NCBI RefSeq assembly: GCF_006345805.1
Contig: NC_043008.1
Location: 24,366,001 to 24,430,000, forward strand
Reading direction: 5' to 3'
Source of the DNA: Octopus sinensis
Lineage: Eukaryota
Length of the DNA stretch: 64,000 nucleotides
The position numbers and the translations under genes were made by a program. Below are positions 28,477 through 42,656 of this stretch, one piece after another; positions within the stretch are counted from its first letter, which is position 1, and every line of letters begins with the position of its first letter. Under the pieces are notes generated by a model that worked only from the letters and a program-made list of their open reading frames with translations, made no database searches and was not told the origin of the DNA.

Positions 28477-28551
28477 AATCTAGTACCTAGGTTTTAGACT
28501 CTTCAAATACGTTTGTCACCGTAAATTTGATTAGTCTTCATCAGCTGGATT
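28477..28551 (-). ncRNA. Hammerhead ribozyme with extended stem II, probably inactivated (G12A)
   Basis: aatccag-CTGATGA-AGACT(32-nt insert)AGTCT-AAAA-CCTAGG-TA-ctagatt. Confidence 0.65.
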
Positions 28552-28869
28552 TATCTGGACAATATGTAAAATGTTGCTACATCAATGCCAGTATATATAT
28601 ATGGATCTAGGACAATTCTCCGTAAGGCATTCCGCTGTAGGACGATTGGCTGGACAATTCACTGTACGGATATTTCGCCGCTGGGACATTTTGTAGTAAA
28701 GCATAAGAAGGGAAGGATAAAAAATAAAAATAAAAATAAAGAAGGCCATACACTTTATTTAAAAAGTTCAGCTAAAAAACTAAGAAGCTAAAACTCATAT
28801 AAGTTCATTGAAATTGCACGCAGATAATATTTTTGATTTTGATCGTAACCTCTGACAATGCTAAGTATA

Positions 28870-29230
28870 CAAATGATAGACTCTCCCGTCGAAGAGGACG
28901 TATGAGTGATCAGCTTTTGCTGAACGACCTGCACAAGTGATTTGTTTATAGTGATCAAATCTACGTGCCGTACATTAGGTCATTCCCTCAATCACCTGAA
29001 TAGGTGCACTGTTTACCATGTGACAAAATGATCACCGAGGAAAGTGAGAGGAAGTATTTTGCTCAAGAAACACAACGCACTACTCGGTCTAGGAATTGAA
29101 ACCACGATCTCGAACTCGTGAGTGCAACACCCTAACCGAGCCAGATCCGGGCAAGGTTATTTATGAAAGACCAGCAGTCGCCCATGCATATCAGCCTCCT
29201 CTCATCACGCCACCGATGAGGGAAAGGTAA
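28870..29230 (-). mobile_element. Degenerate tRNA-derived SINE pieces, related to family D
   Basis: gctcaagaaacacaacgc..ggaattgaaaccacgatc..ccctaacc and gggcaaggtt..gaccagcagtcgcccatgcata are reverse complements of parts of 59887-60222. Confidence 0.65.
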
Positions 29231-29459
29231 AGATTGATAGTTAGCCTGATGCTCTAACTATTGCGCCTTCAATATATATATAAATACTGTCCTTTAAGAT
29301 GTATAAATATATGTACATATACATGTACATATATGTGAGTGTGTGTGTGTGCGTGCGTGTGTGCGTGCTGTTAACGTCATAGCAATTTTGTACACTTTCG
29401 AGAGTACGTGAAATAATTACTTTTTGGAATAATTTATCTCGCTGCACTCACACGGAGCT

Positions 29460-29800
29460 ATAAATAATGATTTCAACTTCATGGGAGTGGTTAGTCAATG
29501 TAATCGACCTCAGTACTCAATTGGTAATTATTTAATCGACCCCGAAAGTATGAAAGGTAAAATCGACCTCGGCGGAAAATTGACCTCGGAATGTAATGGC
29601 GAACCATTTTGCCCGGCGTACTAACGATTCTCCCAGCTCGCCACCTAACATGAAGCTATAAATAATCCTTTCTAAACGACTAAAGGCACAAGGCCTGATA
29701 TTTGGAGGGAAGGGCCTAGACATTACATCGAGGCCAGTGTTTCACTGGTGCTTAATTCATCGACCCCGAAAAGTTGAATGGCAAAGTCGACCTAGGTGGA
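29460..29800 (-). mobile_element. SINE family B, one copy plus a partial second
   Basis: atcgaccccgaaag..aaaggtaaaatcgacctcggcgg..ctaacgattctcccagctcgccacc. Confidence 0.75.
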
Positions 29801-30599
29801 AAATGAAGCTATAAATAATAGAATGTAAATACTGGATGAAAAATCTTTTTCAACAGAAAAAGTCGAAGGCTGTTCATAGGACTCGTCAAGTCTACAAGTG
29901 ATGCGGGTTCTATTTCTACGGGCTGCCTTCGCTTTTCTATTCGGAAGGGTTTTCACCTCAATAGTTATATGCTATTATTTATAACTTTATAAGTGTGCTT
30001 CCTCAAACGAATTATATATATATATAAAGAGAAAGAGGGAGAGAAACAGAGCCACGCGGAATGGAAGATAATAAAATATGTGAAGGCTAGTGAAAGAGGG
30101 GAAATTTAGTAGTTATATGACGGAGAAAGACTTTCGTTAACCTTACCTTTAATAGTTATAACAATCACAAAATTCCTGAATTTTGTATTTTGTTATTGTA
30201 TATAACAATAAATATGACAAATTACGACACTCGGCGTTCATAATCTCTGTATACAGTCCATACCAATGATAACATTGGGAATGCCAATCGATTTGCAAAT
30301 ACAAATAGTCTTTTGTACAACTGCCATGCATATATCCGCTTATAATGTGATACGAGCATCATATTTGCCCAGCATTTATATATCTTTAATAAATTATAGA
30401 TTTGTTCATTATATACAGTGCTTTATGTAAAAGAAAAAGATTCTGATAGCTAAAATATTACATAGATTTTTCTCGGAATATGTGTTTCTGCTTTTTTCAG
30501 TTCTGCTCTTTTCATATGGTCGATTTTGTATTATCTTTACTATTAAGCACACGTCTATTTTTCTCATTGCTTCTTAGCCTTATAATATCTTCTTATCCT

Positions 30600-30785
30600 A
30601 AGGTGGTGAGCTGGCAGAATCGTTATTGCGCTTAGCGGCATTTCGTCCGTCTTTACGAATTCCGCCGAGACTTTGCCTCTCATCCTTTCTGGGTCGACAA
30701 AATAAGTAGCAGTTGAGCACTGGGGTAGATGTAATCGACTTGCTCTCCTGAAATTGCAGGCCTTGTGCCAAAATTTGAAACCAAT
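30600..30785 (+). mobile_element. SINE family B
   Basis: aaggtggtgagctggcagaatcgtta..ctttgcctctcatcctttctgggtcgacaaaataagtagc..ccttgtgccaaaatttgaaacc. Confidence 0.8.
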
Positions 30786-33431
30786 ATTTTCTTACCGTGT
30801 AGCAAGTCGTTTCCTTTATCTATTTTATGACAATGTTATTAATCTCAAACATATTCGCAGTGTCCCCACCAAAATTTACAAAGAGATTTATAATTTCATG
30901 GGTGGAGTGCATCAAAACTAGAAAATGTGATAGACGTAGATATAAATAATCTCTGATTAGAGCATTTAGATAATTTATTCAGATTTTGAAAGTTGTCATT
31001 CATAATTATGTAGAAATTGGATCTACAACCATTATGCATATTCGAACATGATACATAATTTCATTGACGTTGGTTTCAAAGTTCCAAAGTATCTGTGGTA
31101 TATTTCAATCATATTAACAATAAAGTAGATCGTATTTTGCAACTTCGAAACCTATTTATAAACCTCTCTATCAGTACATAGACATTTATTATTATGATTA
31201 AATAACTACAGTCAATCTGAACATAAATAATTTGCATCAGATGTAAATTATTGGATTTCGCATCATCCATTTGGCTAGATACTTTATAACCACCATCTAT
31301 TTTCTCAACATTGCATGAGCATAAAAATAATAATATATATTATTAGATATTGAGAAAAAATTTATAGAAATAGTTTCTGAAATTTTGATTTTTTAAATTC
31401 CCATCTCATACATGCTTTACCCATTCCTCTTCGAAATACTCATTTCCTTGAGTATGTCTTTCATATCACCAACACAGTATTCTATTAGTTTGGTGCCGAT
31501 GGAAAGCTAACATTTTAAGTCATTTGCCTGTACTGCGCTTCTGCATGCACGCCAAAAGTTCTCCAACTAGCCTAGAATGTTTGGAAGCGAAGTAGAAAAC
31601 TGCATCGAGCAGAAGAGACCCCAAGGCCTATAGGATTCCCTTTGAAGTCTGAAATGAAAAGCTGTCGCAGCCATATTTAGCATGTCTAGCAAAAAGTAGA
31701 GGTTTTGTGGCTTGTAGCAAATATTTGAATCCTAGTTTCCTACAGATTGCACGTGGAGTTCCTCTCTGAAGCATAAACTGTTCTCCTGCAGACTTTATTC
31801 TAACTCTCCTTTTCGAGATACACATTATACTCCAAATTTGTGCACAAAAATCGTGTTTGTTGTCACGGAAAAATGCAGTCTCTGATATTGACTCTCATAG
31901 AAAACACTAATTAAACTATCCAGATACTCAGACTGAACTATTACCTCATGTATACTGTTTAGACAATTTTTCTAACAACTATCAAAATATTATATTATCA
32001 ATTGTCTAACATCAGTGCATGTCCCTGTTTTGATCTTATTGAATTAACAGCTTTTGGTAATATATATTAACACAGGAAACACACTTTCTGTTTATTTAGA
32101 GAAATGGAAAAATTCCTCCACGCTTCTTCCATGATTTATCTCAAATACTTATCCAGTAAGACACAAATTAGATCAATGAAACGTTTATTGAGAAATATTT
32201 ATACTCTATCATTGTATGTTACAGTAAAGTGTGACAAACTACAACACCTCAGCGTTCGTCGATATCTGGACTTTATGAATGCATCTACTCTATCATACAC
32301 TGTTTCGTCTTCTTAATGCGCGGGGTATAATTTCTCAAAGGTTGACTGCCATGTAACACCCATCTTCATATTAATATACCTGATTGGTATAGCTTTAGCC
32401 TATTCTTCTCAACTAAATTACTCTCCACATCATCTCTACAAATGGAACATATATTTTTGTGCGGTTGCATGTGAAACATTTTTGAATACTAGACAAGATA
32501 GGTAGGGGCTTGCTTTGTAGATGTACTTGGATGTTACAAGTGTGAAAATAAAATTGTGTGGCTATAAGGCCTTTAGCGCACAAATCAGAGACTAATGAAA
32601 TGTCTGAAACCCGGAATCAAAATCAGATGGTGATTTATGCCACTATGTAGCACTCTACGTATATTGTATTTTTGCTTATGAGAGAATAAAGGAGATAGCA
32701 ATACATAATTAGTTAATATCAATCAAAAGAAATATCAATCAAAAGACAGATCCATTGACATTTGAATTCAGAGTATAGGGAAAACTATTAAAATAATGTG
32801 TTATAAGTAAGATTTATTCTCTACTTAATAAGTTTAATTAATGCACTAATGGTGAGCAATAATCTTCAAATGCAAACATTGTTTTTAGTTTTGTGCTAGC
32901 TTGTAGTTAATTAAAACAATACCTCATTTCAATGGCATGAATTGTATTTCAGCAAAGTAATATAGTCCTCAAATTTTGAGGTCAGAAGAGGGAGTGGTAC
33001 ATATGTACCTGAATACAATACATTATTACTTCATTCTAGCAGAAACACCACCCACCACTACTCGCTGAATAATATTTATACATTTGATTGCTAGTTCGTG
33101 TTAGTTTTCTGATATAGTTAATTCTAAGTCCACTTTCTACCCTTTAGTCGTCCTGTACTACTCACTTGCTTAATAAATATATTGAGAGTAATGCAAAAAC
33201 GCTGCAAGACAGTGTTAGAATATATGAAAAAACCAGGTCTTATGTTGACTAACCACTTAAAATTCTTCGGTTTATCAGATATATACATATATACATACCA
33301 GAATATTTCGTTACTTTGTTCGACAGTAAACTGGACTGGACACCCGGTATGTACTAGAAAAATATATTGAATTTGGCGCTAAAGAAGAAGCAAGAACATC
33401 TGGAATATAGATACACACCCATTGCCTATTT

Positions 33432-33604
33432 AGGCGCAGGTGTGGCTGTGTGGTAAAAAGCTTGCTTCCCAACCACTTGGTTCCTGGTTCAGTTCCATCA
33501 CTTGGCAATTTTGACAGGTGTCTTCTACTATAGATTCGGGCCGACCAAAGACTTGAGAGTGGATTTGATAGACGGAAACTGAAAGAATCCGTCGTATATA
33601 TATG

Positions 33605-33638
<34 letters not shown>

Positions 33639-34090
33639 ATATATATAATAATAAATATTAGGGAATGAATCCAAAATTACAGGGAAAAATCAGATTTAGG
33701 GTTAAATCCAATTTTATAGTAAAAAATTATATAATATAATTCGAGACAAAACCACTATTTTAAAACCAAACAAGGAAAGACTTAATCAATACATAAAATT
33801 TTAATATAAATTAAATAAACCGCCACTACAAATGTTTCATGTCTGCTACCGACAATCTTCAGGTGGATTTTCGATCTTCTAATCAGTATTAAATTTTGAT
33901 ATATATATATACACACTTGACAACCTGTGTTGATGTGTTTACATTTCTGTAACTTAACCGTTCGGGAAAAAAGATAAAACTAGTGCAAGGCTTTTAAAAA
34001 ATATGTACTGGGGTCGATTTATTCGACCAAAACATTTTTGAAAGTGGTGCCTCACCATGGCCTCAGTCAAATGAATGAAACAAGTAAAGA
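33432..34090 (+). mobile_element. SINE family A split by a PLE-terminus insertion in its internal (TA)n
   Basis: The 5' half (33432-33597) and 3' half (about 33915-34090) are separated by (TA)n plus a PLE-type segment (33650-33900). Confidence 0.75.
33823..33866 (-). ncRNA. Type-I hammerhead ribozyme
   Basis: ccac-CTGAAGA-tTGTC ggtagca GACAt-GAAA-CATTTG-TA-gtgg. Confidence 0.75.
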
Positions 34091-35049
34091 AAGTGAATAT
34101 CTTAGTGTAAGTTCGCCTCTGTATCATGTTGTAACAGCTACCAATGAGAATGTTATCCCCATGATTGACCGAGAGGGTGGGGTCGAGAATCAATCAAACT
34201 CAGAGTACATAGAAATGACCTTAGACATGAAACGGCTATTTCTTCGAACAGTGAACGAAGTGCTTACAACTTTGCAACTGGAGAGGCTTGGAGAGATTTA
34301 TCAGGGAAAGACTTGTAAGAAGAGGACAGAGCAGTGTGGATCATCTGATTGTAAAACACGTGGCAAATTATCCCCGGACTCAAGTCACAGCGGATCGATC
34401 AAAGCTACAGCAAAGACCTCTTCCCGACTGGTGTTACGTTCAAGGTTTAAAGAAAACGAAGACACAAATTAGAGTTAAAATGCTACTTGGAAATTTACTA
34501 CAATAACACTTAATAAGGTACAAAATATACAATATTATACAATACAAATGTTATTCAGCCAGGAAATGACAATTATCAATATTACTGGTCTGTTTTGAAT
34601 GTCCACACTAATATATCCAGAAAAGGACATCAAGTGAATAGAATATACAAAAATAGTCACCAGTAACAGTCCAGTTGACGCTTAATATACATTCACTAAC
34701 GATGAATCCAACCTCTCCTGATACCAGATCAGTGCTCTCCTCATATCAATGATTTTTTTAATACCCACTAAGTGTCAACGAAGAAGGGACAAAACAAAGA
34801 CAGTACCATACAAGCAGGGACACAAAAACGGATGAGCGGATGAATGAAATAATTAAAAGGAATAATGAAATGGAGCCGCTCCTCCTCTCGTCTAGGCGAC
34901 TCCATTTATCTTCTTTTTTTTAATTTTTAAAGGTTTTAAAAATGTCTATTTTAAAAATGTTTATAAGGTCATGACTTACCACCACTGGTAAATCTTCAGT
35001 GTTAAGACTTTTTGGCTTGTACATAACGTCTCTTCCATAGTCCTTCAGC

Positions 35050-36300
35050 CCCACTGTGTGTATTTTAATTACAATTGCATACTTATAATATGGGGGCACC
35101 CCCTTACCACCTGTACTGACCACATCTGTGCGTTTCGACCACCTTTTTATTCGTTTTACTACTTTGTCATTTTTTGTACTGAAGAGTACTCCGCTCTTCT
35201 TTTTTCACAGGCTGGGGACTGGGGAATTTTGGGCTCCTGTATGCTTATAGTCTTTTGTTACAGTCCCGTGGGGTAGGTCGTGGTTTGGTGTCTACGAGGG
35301 ACGGGTGGGACGAAGTGGGCTTTGTGGAATGTGGTCCTCATTTACAGTCTGTGCCTTTTCCCTCCTTTTTCTGCTTTTCCTTGTAAATATTTCCCATTCG
35401 TCTCTGCTTGAGATTCCTTATTCTTCTGTGTTGCTCTTCGCTGTTGATGGAGGTGCGGTTTCTTTTTCCGACACCGGCGCTTCTTGGAACTTTTCGGGCA
35501 CTGGAGTGCATTTTACCCTAATGTGGAGTTTCTGGTCACATTTGTAACACCGAGAAGTTCTTCTCTCCACTCTAACCCTGAGCGTTGTATCGTCAACCTC
35601 GATGGATTTTGTTATTTCCTCCAAGTCTCTGGGGCTGCCTGTATTACCAAATTCAGTGTCTGCCCTTGCCAATTTCTGTGGGCAGTGCTAGAGTCTTGGA
35701 GGTCCGCTATTTTATTCTCCAGGCCCAGCAGTATCGCTGCCATCAGCCAAGCTATATTAAATTCTGATGGCATATCCTCTACACTTACCCTGGAAGCACG
35801 TCTTCCAAGGTATATGGGCAGAAGAATTACCTCCTCCGTTTTCAAGTGGGGTTGCCGAGTGTCACTTAGCTGTGGCTTCGTCCCGGAATCGCACCTCCAT
35901 CATTCCAAATTTCCTTCCTCTGGCCAGGGGAGCAATTTCTGTTCATTTGTTGTATTTTCTATGTTTTTACAGAATACGTTCCGTAGCTTATCCGTTTTTG
36001 CCTCCTTTAATATTTCTTGGGAAGAGGACACCTTTACGTCATTCCTTCCCTGCGAAGAATAGACTTGTAAATTGATAGCTATGTCGTAGATTTTGGCCAC
36101 CGCCGCAAACTTCATTTTTTCTTCTATCTTGTGCATTTGACTAATTCCTTGAAGCAATTGGCCTTCGGACAAACTTAACTTTTCGCCTTCCATCGTACGG
36201 TATTACCCGCGAAATTTGTCCACAAACCGCCGTAAGGCAGCAAAAACAGATATTTAACAAAGCGTTTAAAAGATACAAAACCAATAACAACACTTTTCTA
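35050..36300 (-). mobile_element. Degenerate gag-like/ORF1 region of a non-LTR retrotransposon
   Basis: Frameshifted ORFs 35900-36193, 35612-35845 and 35418-35672, with the zinc knuckle CYKCDQKLHIRVKC. Confidence 0.6.
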
Positions 36301-36729
36301 CTCACTATTGACGATTGACTTAAATGTAGTACTAGGCTCTCCTCATTTCAATATTTCTTTATTATCCACAAACGGACAATACAAGGACAGACAAGATGAG
36401 GCAAATATGTAGGTAGGTGAAAACGGTTGTAAGGGTGAAATGAAACGTAAAATGAATGATGTTATGATGACGTCCGGCCCCACGCCCGGGTGCCTTCATT
36501 TCACTGTTGATTACTTTTTACAATAGTCTGATACATTAATATCAAAGTTTGTTTTCAAATTATCAGCACTTATAAATGGCATTTCTTTTTTGTCCATTTT
36601 AATTTCGAAATATTTAACTTTATCCACGTAACTATCCAATTTCTTTTTATCACATGTATCATCTCATATGCTTGGGGATTTCGTTCCAAGTATTTACCAC
36701 TCTCGTATTATGCCAGCACTTAATTTCAC

Positions 36730-37160
36730 TTAGCAATTGTTCGTTAGTTCGTAGATTAAGTATTTTGTCACGTTGTTCTCTATTTTTCTTTTACGTGTAG
36801 GGTGTTGGGAGATTTGGGACACCTGCGTGTGCATGCAAGTTTTCGTCATGTCGGCCGGGGCAGGAGGACCAGTGGTTGCAGGAGAAGGGTGTAGCAAAGT
36901 GGGCCTGGGTAGGCGTGGGATGGGACTCAATACTTCCAGTTTGTGTCTCCCTTTTTCTTTTCCATGTTCTCCCATCCATCTTCGTCTTTTAGATCCTTCG
37001 ATGTCTCTATGTTGTTTTCTAGTGGAGGTAGAGGCGAGGCTGTCTGTTTGTCTTTGATGTCAGCAGGTTGTGAGAGGCAATCAACACTAATGTGACTCTT
37101 TTGGCCATATTGGCGACACCTAGGGATTCTGCCTTCCACTTTAACCTTCAGCACTACATC
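36730..37160 (-). mobile_element. Second ORF1 zinc-knuckle fragment
   Basis: LKVKVEGRIPRCRQYGQKSHISVDC is paralogous to the 35.5 kb knuckle. Confidence 0.55.
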
Positions 37161-37299
37161 TTACACCATGATGTTTTCAATCATATTTCTTCATGGGTTG
37201 CTTGAATCACTATCTCGAGCCCTTGTCCCTGCCAGTTTTTATGGGTCATGTATGTGGCTTGGAGGACTATCACTTTCTCTTCCAAGCCTAACAAGATCG

Positions 37300-40200
37300 C
37301 GTCCACTCGGCTCTCCTCATTTCAAGTGTCCTCAGTTACTTTATTACCCACTATGGGCCAGCATAGAAGAGACAATACAACGATTTTGCCTCGGTTCTCC
37401 ACTTGGACCTTCAGATTATTCAGTAATATATATTCATGTAGGGACACTCATCCCCAACATTTTTACGACCTTCATCCATGTTTCACCAAACACTTCATGC
37501 AACAGACATCTTTGCTCTAGTCTTATATTCCTTTCTAAGTAAAAAGTAAAAAGTAACTTACTAGTCCCAGGCTGGAGATGAAGTCGCCTGTCGCCACACC
37601 TTTCATACGAGTTTTCCATACAGCCTCTATTGCTACAGCTACCACTGCGAGAAAATATGCCTTTCCTTCTTTGTCAAAGGAGGAAGGAGGGACAATCATT
37701 ATGTTTCACTAGGAGGATAACTGTACTTTTCTCGTACGGGACTGCAGCTGTTCGTCATTGACCCACATCTCCGAAATTCCGGACACTTTACAATTGCGTG
37801 CAAAACAGTTTCTTTGTCCTGCTCGTATCTTGGACAGGTAGGCAAGACTCTAGCACCTGCTTTGCAAGTTTATCCCGAACAGGCAAGGCTCGTCGGAAAC
37901 AATGCCAGGCTAGAGACCTCTGGAAGCTGTCCATAGGTCCCGGCCCGAATGTTCTTTGGAACAGGCCCGCAAGTTGATTACTATCGTGACCCAGGTTTTT
38001 TCCCCAGAGTATCGTCGCATTTAACTTCTACCAACATTCTATAAAAGGATGCAGTGGAACCAAATCCTCTGGCGTTGCCCGCGCGACCGAAGAGCACGAA
38101 TGCCGCACGGCACTCGGCTTGCCAGACACCTAACCTTGATTTACGCTTGATCCATTGTTCAAGTCTACCAAAACTGGCAAACCTTGGAAACATCGATTTG
38201 AGGAACGGAGACCACACCTGTTCACCATCCAGGTAGAGCCAGAGATGCCTTAGCCTCAGCGCTTGCCTACGCATTATTAGACACGGCATTCTTAGCCCAA
38301 CCTTAAGCGGCTGTTGGCAACAGATAGAGCACCTCACAAGTGGTCTGCAGCCTTTCCACAAAAAGCGGAAAAGTTCCAGCTTATCCAGCTACAAATTAGG
38401 GAAAGGAACGACTGTTACGTATCAGATAATTACAGATGCGGTATACACATTTGCAACCACGGCCCTCCTTTTCAAGGATAACCATCGCTCAGACCAGGTC
38501 TGAATTAGAGCGTCCACTTTATTCGTCACCTCACTCCAATTCTTCTCTATCTGGAGATCCGATCCAAACCAGACCCCAAGCATTTTAAGCGGCCCCTCCG
38601 TCCAACGGCCCACGACGTTGTTGGGAGGTATCATCTTGCCTCTCCAAGTGCTGAGCTGCAACCCGACTGATTTTTCACGGTTAAATTTTGCTCCTGCCAC
38701 TGCCTCGTACTATTTAATGGCCTCACATACTCTCTGTAGGTGATTGACCTCGGGTATGATGATGATGATATCATCCGCATACGCCGTCATAGACTTACCA
38801 CGATCTAAATTACGCGGGACGCCCCTTATCGCCTTCAACTTCTGCAGCAGAGCCTCGTGGGCCAGTACGTATAGAGGTGTGGAGAGGGGGCATTCTTGAC
38901 GAACCGAGCGCTTGATGCAGAACGGCTTCGAAAGGAACCGTTCACCTGAACGATCGAGACAATGTGATCATATATGGTGATGATCCAACTACGGAAGGCA
39001 AGGCCCAGCCCAAACGCCGCAAGGACCGAAACCAGGTAACGATGGTCCACCCAATCGAACGCTTTTGACTAATCTAAATGGACCAGAGCCCCACCCTTAC
39101 TAGATCTGTTCGCGCCCACTATGATATAGCGTATTAGGTGGAGATTGTCCTGAATGGATCTGCCGGGATTGGCACATGTTTGCACCTCTCCGACGAGTCC
39201 ATCCGCGACAAGCGCCAACCTTTTTTCCTAAAACCTTGGACAAAATCTTCAACTATGCGTTTAGCAGAGTGATGGGTTGGAAATTATCAGCTAAGTCCTC
39301 CTTGTTTGGGTCCTTTCTAACCGCCACTCGACTCAGATCTGGGATGAACCTATTCTGGTGCCAGTTGGTGTAAACGCAAGCCAGTAAGTGCCCAAGCAAG
39401 TCTGGCATACTGTTATATAGTTCGTGGGGAAGACTATCTAACCCCGGCGAGTTGCCCCTGTCGCAGTCCAACAAAACTTCCTCCACCTCCGTGGCTGTGA
39501 TCGGTCCGTCACAGCACCCCACATCCTGTCCCAGGAGACGCGGAAAACCGGCAAGGAAGTCCGAGATGTCCCTTCTACACTCCGGTTCACCGCTCCTCCC
39601 GAAAAGCTGGTCGAAATGCTACTGGAAGACCTTAGACGTTTCCTCGGGTTTGTTTACCAAGATACCTTGGTATCTTGATACCTATAAACCTTATAGTGAT
39701 ATTATTGCCACATTGAGCTTCAATAACGCGGGCCCATCCAGCAGCCCTAATTCCTTCTTGTCTCATTGCACGTAACTTTGCTCTAACCAAGCATCCCTCG
39801 TATTTGGTTTCGAGATATTGGTTGAGAACCAGTCTCGTTGCCAAAACTCGGTCTGCAGAGCCAGAACGCATTGCCTCTTCTAAGTCTTTAACTAAATCCC
39901 TTTCTACTCTGTGTTTCTTAGCCACTAGATCCTTACTGAATCTAATTGACTCAAACTTGATGGGTCGCTTTAGGGCGTACTACCATTTGTTGCTAATGAT
40001 GGTGTCTATTAACTCCCTTTGAATAAGTATCTTATTCCGGCTCCTGTATTCCCTATCTGCCGATGGGGACATGTAGCCGGACCCTAATATACCTAGCTTA
40101 TCTATTTTAAACATACAATTACAAGTTTGTGGTCGTTGTAGCTGACGTACGTAAATTGAGGACACTTAGCAGTATCTTTGTCAGAAATTCTAAGCAAGAT

Positions 40201-40484
40201 CTTGAAGACCTGTCGCCGTTTGTCCATGTTCACACTGGGACGTCCGGGAATTCTAGTCTGTATCGATCTGCCAGCTGAAATCGACATAGAAGATCGTTGA
40301 GACATGAGTTTCCCCTTTTATCTTGTGTTGAGCTAACACAATCACCCAATAAAACTATAGAATGCGATGTACCTAGAAAATTCTCCAGGTCCCGAAAGAA
40401 ATAAAACTGTCCGCCATCAAAAGGCGCACATACAGCCACCAACCTAAATGATTTACCACTGATTTCGGACAATTCATGAGGCAC
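37300..40484 (-). mobile_element. Tx1/L1-like LINE ORF2 (APE-RT), degenerate and 5'-truncated
   Basis: RLVAVCAP..IVLLGD; PITATEV..SPGLDSLPHELY; NFQPITLLNA; SKAFDWVDH; AYADD; GAKFNREKS; KMLGVWFG; WSERWLSLKRRAVVAN. Confidence 0.85.
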
Positions 40485-40995
40485 CTATTTTCCAAGTTTA
40501 GGAAACTTTCCAAGTTGTTGAAGATGACGATGAACAGTTGTAGGGTTTGAACTAAGCTTTATTGCCAATTCTGAAACTGATAATGCAGGATTTTCTTCAA
40601 GTAATGCCTCAAGCAGCTTATCATCAAACTCAACTGAACGTCCTGTTCGATCTTCATCTTCAAGGCTTAAATCTCCACTTCTGAATTTTGCAAACCGTCT
40701 TCTGCATGCTCTTTCATTCAAGCATTCTTTCCCATAAGCTGAGTGTGTGTTTCGAGTCGCTTCGGCTGCAGAGTTTTCTTTTTTATACTCATAAATCATT
40801 ATGTACGTTAAGTACCCTTTTCGAATACTTCCATGTTAGAAAGGGTTTTAATCAAAGAAATTTTAATTCTATTATTCTGTAAAATAATATTTAATTAGTT
40901 TAAGTATACACAAATACATAAAAATAATTTTTTATTGCATTAGACTTTCTAAAATACTATTAAATTTCATTCAATTTTAAAAAAGGTAAAATCGG
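40485..40995 (-). mobile_element. Mariner 5' fragment (SETMAR-like HTH domains)
   Basis: SAAEATRN..RRRFAKFRSGDLSLEDEDRTGR..TTVHRHLQQLGK. Confidence 0.85.
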
Positions 40996-41271
40996 ACCCT
41001 GCATTCTTTTATAGATTATCTTAAGTTAAAATCTGAATTACCACTCAATAACAATAATTCATTTTCGTTAAAACAGCGGTACAGACCGATACAGATGAAA
41101 AGATATCTTGAGGTTTATAGTTATGATAAAAGTATTAATAATACTTAATTGAACACCACCCACGGTTGTGTAAAAAATTATAATTTATTACAATCGCATA
41201 AAAAGGGTTATCTCATCGAGAGAGTCTCGTTTATCTGCGCAATCCTGACGTTTCAGAGAGCCAATATCATA

Positions 41272-41356
41272 GTGTGATTTGAACTCAAATGGGATAGAAC
41301 AGAATATCAGAATATCAAGTGTGATTTGAACTCAAATGGAATAGAACAGAATATCA
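41272..41356. repeat. About 38-bp near-perfect direct duplication inside a PLE-like terminus
   Basis: agtgtgatttgaactcaaatggRatagaacagaatatca x2; a half-hammerhead GAAACGTC lies on the minus strand at about 41248. Confidence 0.8.
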
Positions 41357-41864
41357 CTCTGGCATATTCTCGGTTATGATATTAGAACAAACCTTACATT
41401 GATAACAACAGGAAAAACAAGAGGTGAAGAAAACAAAATTTAAGAAAATGCGAAATAAATTCATATATAGTAACGTTTAGAACAAAATAAAGCAATCGGC
41501 CGTCTGTGTAGTTGTAGTTATAGACATGTAGGTGCATAGACACATACATGTATGTATATACATATTCATATATACATATACAGGAATGTATATGTATGAA
41601 GATGTGCATGTGTTTGCAAGTGTGTCAGTTTGTGTAGGGATATTTGCGTAAATTTTCATGGCTCAGTTGATGAATGTTTGAAACCATTTATAAAAGTAAA
41701 TATATAATAAATACTTTCAATGCAGCAGGGAGTTATTAGAAGGGAATGACAAATAGTGGAATGAACTAAACATAAAATTGTGAAATAGAAAATTACACAA
41801 AATACAAAAATGTATATCTAAGTGTCTGTCTACATACACACATATAAACATACTCACACACACA

Positions 41865-41913
<49 letters not shown>

Positions 41914-42610
41914 AAAGATAAATGCGATACAATAAAATTAATTATAATCGCCGGTGTACCAGTACACGCCATATATTATACATATATCATTACATTCAAG
42001 GCGAAGAGTGCACTAGATACACAATAGCTGGATAAATTTAGTGAGATGAAAATTAAAAACTTTTACAAACTTAACTTAACTTATATATATATATATATAT
42101 ATATATATAGATGCATACATACATATATATATATATATATACATACACACATACATACATACATACATAAATATATACATACATACACACATACATACGC
42201 ACACACATACCGCCGACAAATCGACGGACAAAGAATAGAGATTAGAAGTATTGAGTAATTGGGTGTTTCGCATTCAAATAGTGTCTTCAATGTTATATGT
42301 AACTTGTATACGTATGGATGACAGAGCCCATGGAACCTTCATTCCTGTATACAAATCGAAAACACAAACGCCCACGCACACACACAGACACACACACACA
42401 GACACATACACACAGACACACACACACAGACTACACATATATAGAGAGAGAGGCCTGCCTGTATGCATGTACATATTTTTTCAATGTATATGCATATGAA
42501 TGTTGGACAAGGTAAAGGCGCACATAAACATAAAGATATCCACAGCCACAGCCAAACACACACATATCCTCCCCTGCATATACATATACATACATACATA
42601 CATACATACA

Positions 42611-42655
<45 letters not shown>

Positions 42656-42656
<1 letters not shown>

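Noticed and set aside
32100-32650. Possible LINE RT relic (RYLDFMNAS)
   Set aside because: A single weak motif, not enough to annotate.
41272-41356. Repeat-spacer-repeat pattern resembling CRISPR
   Set aside because: Only two copies with a short spacer, eukaryotic context, no cas genes.
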